A DNA stretch of 64,000 nucleotides, from positions 137,428-201,427 of the forward strand of contig JAAOMT010000672.1 of assembly GCA_016748015.1 (NCBI GenBank). The letters are read 5' to 3'. The notes beneath the pieces were generated by a model. The model worked only from the letters and a program-made list of their open reading frames with translations, searched no databases and was not told where the DNA came from. This stretch comes from Geosiphon pyriformis uo1 (lineage: Eukaryota; Fungi; Glomeromycota). A program made the translations under genes and the position numbers. This document shows, one piece after another, positions 52,932 to 64,000 of this stretch; position 1 is the first letter of the stretch, and every line of letters starts with the position of its first letter.

Positions 52932-55900
52932 TTTTTTTGCATATTATAAGTAAGATCTAATTACTATTTAATATAATACAACTATCTAGAGTTTTAAATC
53001 AAATGTGAATCACATATTTGCTATATGTGACCAGCTATCTGGCTAATTAAGACTACACTATATGATAATATTAATAATAACATCTCTTATTACATTAGCA
53101 AAAAACAAACAACTTATCTTTGAATCAAAACTGATAATATAACTTTTTTTTGCCCTTAACAACCTTATTACATCATTTGAAATCTTAGCAGAAAGGCTAC
53201 AAACAGTATTAAACAAGAAACCATCTTTATATAGTATACTTTTACAGTCCATATTTGTCTAAAATTTTAAATTAAAAATTCAAATTTGCTTTCTATGACC
53301 AGTAATAAGTTTATGCACAAAATTAACCATCTTGATTGCAGCAAGATTAGTATTTATAAAAACAGTTTTGGTTTCTACTAAATAACTCTCAAACACAAAT
53401 TTTTTGCACAAAACAGTGTACAAACTCATATCAAAAACACACAAAACCAATGATTAGAAAACTGCAGATGAGACTTGAAATGTCTCAATTAAAAATTTTC
53501 AAAGAGAAGAGCATTTATTCAATAGATCTCAATGGACAGACAAATCTAAGCTGCAACAAAAACTGTAATCTAAAATTCTACCTCTTTACAATATATACAC
53601 AATATACTTGGATAGCCATAATTATACAAGTATTTTCTAACTGTTACAAGTAACTTTTTATGAACTGCTTTTATCAAATATGTGCACAAACCAGCTGTTT
53701 GTTTGCTTGTATAACCAACTGCTATGTAAAAATTAGGATGCCAAATTAAAACAATAAGTTTTCAATTAATGTTACCAATACATAAAGAATCTATAGCATT
53801 AATATTAAGCCCAACTTCTTATTAAAAATACTTTATAATATTGTAAGCATTCTTAACAAAATATTAAAACTACTATATTATTAATTAACAAGAATCTTTT
53901 TTTAACATTAATTCAAAAAACAACTTTTAAAAATGCAATCTGATCAGCCAGCTTATCAGCAATTTTATTGTTTAATATGTTAGAATGACTTTTTATCTTT
54001 GTTTAATTTACGAAAATTTCTTTGTCTTTAACTAAATTATTAATATGTTGATGTTGTTATTAGAGGTTTTTGGTCTCTTTTCTTGAATGTTATTAATATT
54101 TGTCTGTTGCTAATTTTACATTTTCTGAAAGCAGTTGAACCTTCAATAACTGAATTTATTTTTAAATTGTCTCTTATAATTTGAACTGCTGGGCTTATAA
54201 GTAGAATGGCCAATTCCATGCCAATTACTTTATGTACTTACATTGTAGTAAATGTCAACTCTTTTCCAGAAATTGCTTGTCTAGAAGCTCACTAAAAATG
54301 TGTAGTTATTTTGCTGTGAAAGTCAACTCTTCTACAGGAATCTTATCTGTAGGCTACCCTAATAATTATAATTAAAAAAGAAATAGAATTTTATTAAGAG
54401 AAACGTTTTTTATCCAGGCCTGGAGTCACTAACAGATTACTGAAATTGGTAGCTAATCAATTTTAAAATGTTAGTTGTGTTTGAGGAAATTTCAAGTGCA
54501 ATAATCAAAGAATTTGGTTTTCAAATATTTAATTTTTATTTGAATGTGTAAAAGATAATTTGTTCTAATTAAGATACTTTAAAGTAAGATATTATGTTAA
54601 GATACTATAAGAAAATATATTTTCTTGAAGAGAGAAGCTCTTTTTTTATACAACTTATTATAGTACTAGTCTTCGAACTTGCACTTTTTTCTTTGTTACA
54701 ATTTGGGTAAACTAAGAATATATTTCAATAAACTACAAGTTATTTCACTGAACTATTAATTATTTCGGCCAATTTTCATTAATTTCGGCGAATTTTGACT
54801 ATGTTAAATAGGTTAGGGTATTGTGTAATTTAATCATCTTAATTTCTATTGTACAAATCGAATTATTGATTAAGTAATGATATTTAATAATTTGATTAAA
54901 TAATAAGTGATAATTGAAATGATAATAATATATGCTAATTAATAATAAGAATTATGAAGATAATTTCATGCTAATTAATAGCTAAAATTTTACTGGTAAC
55001 AATGTTTAATCCAACACTTATTATATAAGTTAGGTGTTACTAATCTCAACTTAGCTTGACACATATTTATAAAAACCTGACTATCAGAAAAAATCATAAT
55101 ATTAAAAAAAGCTAAAACACACTCTAAAACTAGCATTATAATCTGTAACTCAGCCAAAGTTAATAACAGCAAACCATAAACTTCCACTCTTATGTCCAAA
55201 CTCAAACTAAAAAAGTAAATGACAATACTACCAACTACCTCAAAAACCCAAATTTTTTAACAAAACCATTAGTGTAGATTGAAATCTCAGACAAAAATAC
55301 ATCTTTTAATTGAAAATAAACAGTACAAAAGCCAACCAAATCAAACATGTACATATTAGGACTAGAACCAAAAGCAGACTAAAAATTATGAACCAAACCA
55401 CCATCTCTAATAAAATCTAAAATCTGTGCAAACCAAAAAAGAATTAGACTTCTAAATTCAACTATTTTCAATGACAAAAATTCTTTTAAGAAAAACACAT
55501 CCTGTGACTATTCAAAAATTAATTCACAAATATAATGCCAAAATGCTTAAGAAATTTATAGATTTGAAAATATTTAACTTAATCCAAAACATCCATTACA
55601 GAAACTTTATTTTTGAAGTGAAAAACACTGAGCAGATTATTGTACAGACAAATTCCATTGTACAAAAAGATTTGAACAATATTAGCAAGAAAATTGTTTG
55701 TCAAATTGATCTTTAACCTAATTAAAAACCAAAAAAAATTATGAAAAACTCAGCCTAGCATCTGCAAATCCATTAACTTGTGTCAAAAAAACTGACCAAG
55801 AATACTGTAAGTATTGGCAAAGTTTATTACTAATGCTATCTTTTTCTTTACTTGAACTTGGTCAAAAAACTTTAAATTATACAGAGATAAATAGTATATA

Positions 55901-58900
55901 ACTTTATTAGGAAAATTATTTAGCAAATTGGTCTTGGTTTTTAAGCTTTTTATGATTAATCAGTTCTATTTATTGCATATGCTCTTGATAACAAAGCTAA
56001 ACTGAGTTCTGTATTCGATAATCAGCTGCAAAACTACAGAAACCAAATAAGAAAATTGTTTGTCTAAAATAACTTTGCACAAAATCATTGATACAAAAAA
56101 CTTCATATTTAAATTAACTTTTTTCAAACACAGATTAAAAAGACTTTTGGTTAATAAAAAAATGCCCAAATATCAATAAACTTTGCCAGTATTTGCAACT
56201 GAAATAAGAAAACCACTAATATCTAAGAAAACATCATTAAATCTTAGGTTTATTGAAATTGCTATTGTTTTTTTTTGTATTTATTGAAATGTTTATAATG
56301 TCAAAAAACTTGCTAACAATATTCAGAATGTTATGTGTTACTGTATAACAATTGCCAATCCAAATTGTATCATTCATAAAAGCATTAATAGCTAAGTATA
56401 AAGTCACACCTGTATTTGTCTTAATCCTACCAGTTCTGAAAGCAAATTTAGAATTTACATGGTACTTAAAAACCAAGTTATGTTTCTTTACTTTACACAA
56501 AAAAGAATCATAAAAAATCCTCCAAAAAAGAGGCAAAAAAACTTCATCCTAATCCAAACTATTATGTATTTTGTAATTATCAAACAAACTAAAGTTTATT
56601 ATTACCCTATTTCTATAGCTATTGTAAATATAACCAAAGAACCTAATAAATTTATTACACATTTTAATTCTTCTTAGACTTTTTTTCAAATGTAATCACT
56701 TTACTGAATCATAAGCCTTTCTTATATCTTGAAGCACCAACCAAATCTCTTTGCCCTTTTTCAAAGCATTCTTTATTATAGACCCAATAGTAAAAATAAG
56801 ATATTGAGTTGAAATGCTTTTCAACACCAAAAAATTGTTTTTTTGTAGAATATTATGCTTACTGTAGACTTTAGATATTTGATCAGACAAAACTTTTAAA
56901 AGAATTTTCTTTGTAGTTTCAATAAAAACAATTGGTTTAGTATTTATCAAAACACTCTCCTATTTATAAGGCTTTAGAATCATCAACACCCAAGCCTTTC
57001 TTCAAACATCAAAAACAGATTCAATATCCAAGCACAAACTGAACAGACATAAAAGAAAATTCAAAACATGTCTATTATACTATTTTTATATTTTATTAAA
57101 GATATCAGACAGTTTAGCAGTTTTACTATTAGAAAGCTTATTTACTATCAACAAAAACTTATCAAGGCTAATGTACTTTATAATACCAGAAAATGCTCTA
57201 TTCTTAATGTACTTAAGGGATACAAACTGCTTCCTTCAATAAACAGGAATAACATCTCTAATCTTATATTTCCTTGTCCAATTTTTTATAATTGAATTTA
57301 TTCTACACTTAATCAAATCAGATTCCAAAATCAAATTGCTATTATTTACTAAATAATTCAATATAACTTTTCTGAAAAACTTTTCTAACATGTTTCTTAT
57401 TATCTAATATTTGTTATTAACAAAAGCTTTTATGCATTTGGCAATAGCAGTTTTAATTCAAGACTTTTTAGCCACTTTAAAATCTAACAACTTACAAAAC
57501 CTATAAAACTTCTTGAAATAAAACAATAATTGCTTGATCAAGATTCTGCTGTATCTACCATTGAAAATGTCTTTAAATTCTACAGCCCAAACAGCATTTA
57601 GCCTGATTTATTTGGAAACTAAAGCTTGAATTTTCATTACATTATCTAACTTATATGTTTTCAGAATTTTAAACACTAGCAATTCCAATTTGTAAAACCT
57701 AAAGAATGCAGTGCACTTGAGAATACCATAATTCTGAAACCATGTTTTTGGAAAAGTGGCATTGGCTGTAGAAATTATTGCTTAACTGAGCAGATTCTAC
57801 ATCTTATTATCATCAGATTTTTTTTTATAGTTCTTAAAGTCATTGGCTATAGCCAAAGCAGCAACCAGCAACAAATTTTTAAACTTCATCCAGATTTTTT
57901 TAACAATTCTACTAACTTTGAACTTCTATCTATTCTTAATAGTCTGCTTGTGTACTGAAATAAGTTGAAAATTGAGAAGTTTTTCCAAACCAATATTTAC
58001 CAAAACTACTATGTGATTAGTATCAAAAAACTTATTTGGACAATAAATCTGTTGATTAAAAGAAACATTCTTAAGATTAACACTAACTAAAACAAAATTT
58101 ATGCACTTTTTAACTTCTTTGGAATTGGATCATATAGGCAATTTACACATTAAAGAACTCTTAAAAAAACTACATAATTCTATATCTAAAAACTTTTTGA
58201 AACTTGTACTGTGGCCAAAATTATTTTCATTGAAATCCCTTCTGAAAATCATGAAAATGCTATCATAAAATGCTTTAGCTACTATTGAGTTAATATTATA
58301 TGTTTGAGTTAATTTTTTTTTCAGAGTAGTCTTAATATACAAACCCAAAATGAAAACCAAGAGACAATTTTTAAAAAGCAAATGTATTGACAAAAGCCAA
58401 TCAACTATTTTTGAGATTTTGTACATATGTTTTGTAATATTATTGTTAATTATCATAGTAATACCAGACTTTAAGTGATTGGAGTTTACACCAAAAGTAA
58501 AAACTCTAATTTCATTAAACTTGTTTATTATCCAAGGACAAACTTTGCCTTTTAACTTAGTTTCCATAATAATAAAAACAGAATTATTCATATTTTTGTG
58601 CTAACAAACAATGTTTTTTTGTTTTGCTAAATTGTTTATACCTCTTATATTGCATGTGGCAAATTTTCAAACCAGATTACTTATTAAGTTGAAGGAATCT
58701 GAATTAGCACACAATTGATTTAATTTTGCTAGAACCAAATTGACAGAAACTTTGAAAACCATCATTTTAAATTCCAATTTACCAACTTTGAAGATTAAAA
58801 TCTTTAATTTACTTGCAGCTAAATCTGAAACTGTATTATTAGCAACTAAAGAAGAAAGGATAGATAACATAAGCAGACTGTTTAAAACCATATTCAAATT

Positions 58901-60686
58901 CAATCTTAATTCTGCAAGACCAAATGCAAAGGAAAAAAGAAAGTAAAAAATGGACACCAAAAATGTCAAATCCATAATGCTTAATTTTTGTACAATACCA
59001 GAAACTTGATTAGCCAACAGCTTCAAAAACCACTTCAAGAAAGACAAGTAAGCATCAATAAAAGAAGTATTTTAAAAAACAGACAAACTTATACTATTGT
59101 GTGATGTACCAAAAGAAGAGGAGCCAGAACCAGAATCAGAGTGAGTATTGTCAGAAAAAGCAGCAAGTAAAGCCACTTAAATTCAAGACTTGTCACTAAA
59201 AACAACAGAATAAAAAATAAGAACACTTTTCTTTGTATACAATCTGGTCAACTGAAGATGACTTATATCCAAAACCATTTTTTTAAATGACTTAGAAGGC
59301 TTAAAAACATATGCATCTGTTGCATTATACTTTAAAGCAGAATGTCTGAATTTCTTATACTTTTCACACCAAACCAAATCTATCTTAACCCATAAAAGCT
59401 TCATATTACCAAAAATTGGCTCTGTACAAAAGACAAACTCCAGTTTTTTGTCTGATTTAAAGCCAATTACAGCACAGCAAATCCAGTTGTCAATATCAAA
59501 TAAGTAATTAATAATACATATTTTGCTATTAATTCTTTTTAATAGAGTGTTCAGATAATGAGCTGTTGTTTTCACAAGTAGAGTAAACAAAAGTGCTCTA
59601 AATTAATCTTTAAAAGCCCAAATCCCATGATTTTCTATAGTCTTAGCTACACACACTAAATTTTTTTCAATAAAAAATAATCATCTGGTCATCAACTGAT
59701 CTGTCTAACTTGATTTAGCAAATTCTACTACAGTCTTCTGTTATAGCCCAATTAGTTGCAATTGAATTAACACAATTTTCCCAAACTCAATCACTGCAGT
59801 GATAATCATATTTTTAAACATATCTATGAAAATTTTCTTAATAATCACAGTCTGATTTGACCTGATTTTTTGTTTCTTAAGATTGCTGTTTACAATAATC
59901 CTCTTTTTTCTGGCCAATAACACAGTCTTTTTTATGCTTTTCTTTGAAGTAAATATTAATTTGATAATTTTCTCAAATTTTGAGAAGATAGTAGCCCTTC
60001 CAAAACCATTAACAATTAAGAATAATTTTCTAATAAGCTAAGTTTTAACTGTAACCAATTTGTTATTTATTGCTGAAAAATTAATGTTCAAAGCAAAATA
60101 TTTCTTAACAAATATCTTTATCTGAGTTTTAGTAACCTTTAAGTTAATCTACTTCTTGTCCAAAAAGATAGATAAATAAAAAGAAAAAGAAACTTCATTA
60201 TTATCTATATCAAAATTGGAAGAACCAATTGGAAAACCAAAAACAGTACCAGTATTGACTTACTTTGTTTTTAAAATATTTGTCATAGAATCAAACATTT
60301 TTTTGTTTTCATTTTCAACCTTATAGTCAACATTACTACTTAAGTAAATCAACCCAAAAGTATTATTATCTGTTTCTATTTTACTAAACTAATCAGCAAT
60401 GTGTTTTGATTTATCAAAACTCAAATCTGTTTCATTACTAAAATGTTTAATCTTGTCAAGCAAAGTTTTTTGTTTCTGAACCAAACTTCTATTGACTAAA
60501 TCTAAAGCCAAAACTTTAACAAATTTTTTTTTAGTTAAAGAACTATTTATGATAATAGCCAACTCAACTACAAAGGGATTAAGTTCTTAAAAAATATTGA
60601 AATAAAGACCAGAAAAAATAAAAAAACTTCTTTTTTCAAAAATAAACTTTTTAAAAAATTTGGAATGTAGAAAAGAAAAAAGTTTT
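52932..60686 (-). mobile_element. LINE3: full-length decayed LINE (ORF1 ~58670-60590; ORF2 endonuclease-RT-RNase H ~53058-58685)
   Basis: Poly-T 52928-52938; candidate TSD TTTGTAATTTT 52921-52931 and 60687-60697; KFATCNIRGIN, IMETKL, DFNE; WLVLQDIRKAYDSV; AFMNDT; AELQII..FSDSQ; ORF1 knuckle remnant CEKYKKFRHSALKY. Confidence 0.88.
54055..55001 (-). mobile_element. Solo LTR, family B, 4-bp TSD ATGT, inserted in LINE3 RNase H
   Basis: Homologous to 25888-26867; ATGT at 54051-54054 and 55002-55005; removal restores KCWIKH-QHINNLV. Confidence 0.92.
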
Positions 60687-60999
60687 TTTGTAATTTTATT
60701 ATAAATTATGTATTTATATATATAATTATTAAATTTTAATTATTAATTAGAATTACTTTATATATTGTTTTTAATAATTTATAAAATATAATGTATTTAA
60801 ATTAAAATTAATATATATTATTTTTAATTTAATATATAAAACAAAAAAAACATTAAATAATTTAATAATTAAAGTAATTAAGACATTAATAAATTTAATA
60901 ACAGATTTAATTAATAAAACCAATATAATTAACTTAAACTTTAAAAAAACCAAACAAAAACCAATTAAAAAATTAACAGTTATAATAACAAAAATAATT

Positions 61000-62255
61000 A
61001 AAGATATAATAATAATAATAAAAATTAATAAAACAAAAGTCTTAATATAAGATTTAGTATTAATAAAATAGTATTTAAAATCTTAAAAAAAATAAATGAT
61101 AATATTTGTATTTTAAAGCCAAATAATTTTTATTATAATACTTAAAACAGTATTAATAACTAAAAGTTTTTCACCAAATATATTATTTTTTTTAAAGTAT
61201 TAATTTTGACAATAATAATATTTAAATTTTTTTGAAATTAAAAATAATAATTATATATTGTAATTATTAAGCAAAGTTAAAAAGATAATATAAATATAAC
61301 TACAGATTTAAAAAACCAATTTGCTAATTTTAAAAACTATACTATTAATAAAAAAATTGATTAATTTGGGTTTAAATTTATTATTATAAAAACAATAATT
61401 TTATTTTAATTAACTAAAAAAAATTTTTAATATTATCTTTTTATTAATACAAATTAACAAGCAAAAACAATATTAACAGCAAAAAAAACTTGAAATAAAT
61501 AATAATATAAAGTTATAAGCTAGTAAACTTTAATTTAAAAAACAATTTTACCAAAAACATTTAAAATAATATTAAAAAAAAATAAAAAGTGAACAAAAAA
61601 TTACAAAAAACTTTGTAATTTTAAAATAAAAAATAATAATTTGTATAGCTATTATAAATATGTTCAAAAAATTTGATAAATTTATTGTATATCTTAATTT
61701 TTTTTAAATTATTATTTAAATATGTTTAATTTATAAAATTGTAAGCTTTGTATATTTTTTGAAAAACCAACTATATTTTTTTATTTTTTCTATAAGATTT
61801 TCGATTACTAATCTAATAGCAAAAATAAAAAATTGAATTAAAATATTTTTTAATTGAAAAACTGTTATTTTTTAAAATTTTAAATTTGTTATAAGCTGTA
61901 AAAATCTGATTAAATAAAATTTTTGATAAAATTTTTCTTATAAGCTTAATAAATACAATTAGTTTAATGTTTATTAATATGCTTTTCTATTTATATAATT
62001 TTGAAATTATTGAAACTTGAAACTTTTTTTTAAGTATTAGAAACTGTTTTTTTTAATAAACATATATTTAACAAATTTAAAAGCTAAATTATAACAAACT
62101 TATTACAATATTTTCATATCTTATTGATAATTCCAAAAAAACTTGCAGGTTTTTTTTTAAGAAAATTTTTAATAATTAACAAAAATTTATTAAAACTAAT
62201 TTAGAAAAGCAAACTGTTTCTGCCAATAAAAAAAATTACATTTTTAATTATATGC
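61000..62255 (-). pseudogene. Very decayed older LINE RT fragment
   Basis: Minus strand ~61850-61945 reads IRKILSKILFNQIFTAYNKFKILKNNSFS, matching LINE3 KKILLKVLSDQISKVYSKHNILQKNNF. Ends approximate. Confidence 0.5.
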
Positions 62256-64000
62256 TGTTACCGGAGGTTTTTTGGTCTCTTTTCTTAAATGTTGGTAATG
62301 TTGATTTGCTGTAAATTCACGTTTTCAGGAAGTAGTTGAACCTCCAATAACTGAATTTATCTTCAAATTATCTCCTATAATTTGAACTGCTGGGCTTATA
62401 AGTGGAATGGCCAATTTCTTGCCAGTTACTTTATGTAGTTACGTTGTAGTAAACGTCAACTCTTTCCCAGGAATTGCTCGTCTGGAAGCTCACTAAAAAN
62501 NNNNNNNNNNNNNNNNNNNNNNNNNNNNNNNNNNNNNNNNNNNNNNNNNNNNNNNNNNNNNNNNNNNNNNNNNNNNNNNNNNNNNNNNNNNNNNNNNNNN
62601 NNNNNNNNNNNNNNNNNNNNNNNNNNNNNNNNNNNNNNNNNNNNNNNNNNNNNNNNNNNNNNNNNNNNNNNNNNNNNNNNNNNNNNNNNNNNNNNNNNNN
62701 NNNNNNNNNNNNNNNNNNNNNNNNNNNNNNNNNNNNNNNNNNNNNNNNNNNNNNNNNNNNNNNNNNNNNNNNNNNNNNCAAATTATTTGGTATTTATTTC
62801 TTTTTGTGTGTGTAGAAATGGTTCTAAGTAATAAATCTAAAGTAAGATACATTTTCCAGAAGAGAAAAGCTCTTCTTTTATACAACTTGTTGTAGTACTA
62901 GTTTATGAACTTGCACTTTTTTCTCTTTGCCCAAATTCCAGCAAACTAAAGATACATTTTGATGAACTACAAGTTATTTCGCTGAACTATTGATTAATTT
63001 GGGTGAACTATTTATAATTTCGGCGAATTTCTGTAAATTTCGGCAAATTTCTTATAAATTTCGGCGAATTTCTGTAAATTTCGGCGAATTTTTGAATGTT
63101 ACAGAGTTCAGGGTATTGTGTAATTTGATCATCTTACTTTCTGTTATACTAATTAGATTATTTTAATTGAATCGTGATATGTGATAATTGATTAAATAAT
63201 AAATGATAATTTGAAATGATATTAATATACTAATGAATTATAGGAATTATAAGGGTAATTTCATGNNNNNNNNNNNNNNNNNNNNNNNNNNNNNNNNNNN
63301 NNNNNNNNNNNNNNNNNNNNNNNNNNNNNNNNATTTTCACAAGTATTAAACAAATCATAGAGTCTAAAAGCTGCTCTAAGTTTGTAGCAAGTGTTTGTTG
63401 GTCCAGCTGCTGTTTTGAATTCATTGTAGATTTGTTTTTGTATAACTTTAGGAGTGAGATTTGTTGCTTCAAGTTCCAGTTTTCGTTCATAAAGTGTTTT
63501 TCCAATTTGAAAGTATTTATAGATAGGGGTGTGTTCATTGTTCTGTTCATTAAGAAGTAGTAGTAGTTTTTGTTGCATTGTAGCATTTAGTGAAATGTTA
63601 ATAGGGGCAATTAGCAGATTTTCTTCTAGTGCCTGCTTCAAAAGTCTTGGTAATCTATTTTCAGAGTGACTTCTTGTTTCTCTTCTATAGGGGTGATAGT
63701 TCTGTAAATGATTTGCTACTGAGACTGTGGTTTCTTTCTGAATGTATTTAATTTGACTTCCATTAATCGTTATAGATAAGTCAAGGAGTGTTTTCAAGGC
63801 TAACATTAATTTTTGGGATATTTGTTGAATATTTCGGGGAATAATCATGATAAAATTGACTAATTATGAAAAGAAAGAATAAAGAAAATTATTTTTTGGA
63901 TATGGAGTTTTTATTTGTTTTTGGGTTTGGGTGTTTTGTAATTATTTACTATTTTTGTTTTTGTGTTTTTAGTAGAGAATTATTGTAAAATTTAAGTGTT
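62256..64000 (-). mobile_element. Element E (family B): 3' LTR and ORF3, running off the window
   Basis: Starts TGTTACCGGAGG after ATGC; LTR homologous to B; ORF3 homolog starts at 63848; interrupted by N gaps. Confidence 0.88.
62500..63332. other. Assembly gaps (62500-62778 and 63266-63332)
   Basis: Runs of N; ORF calls across them are artefacts. Confidence 1.

Noticed and set aside
58640-58720. LINE3 ORF1 and ORF2 appear fused in frame
   Set aside because: LINE1 has them in different frames; a copy-specific indel is simpler.
62431-62885. ORF calls of 113-130 aa
   Set aside because: Artefacts of N runs.

Overview
This is a eukaryotic, very AT-rich transposon nest with no intact host gene. 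The decayed proteins recall Glomeromycotina-type fungal repeats; that is my recollection and not a database result. The window holds three near-full LINEs (ORF1; ORF2 = endonuclease-RT-RNase H), a decayed MULE/FAR1-like transposase, and two related Ty3/Gypsy families. Family A has copies A, C, D plus a solo and a truncated LTR; family B has copies B, E plus a solo LTR; older fossils of both lie at the left end. Both families share an unusual plan: LTR - PBS (TGGTGCTCTCT) - one frame starting at a conserved GUG (N-terminal extension, Gag, PR, Cys-rich module, dUTPase, RT, RNase H) - conserved stop - stand-alone AUG-initiated integrase - a conserved non-env ORF3 - PPT - LTR. TSDs are 4 bp and the centre is TG/CA at all nine readable junctions. 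TSDs reconstruct the nest (MULE < LINE2 < A and D < B and C) and point to an ectopic-recombination deletion through element B. Nearly all ORFs are broken by C>T/G>A hypermutation. Counts and alignments were done by eye.
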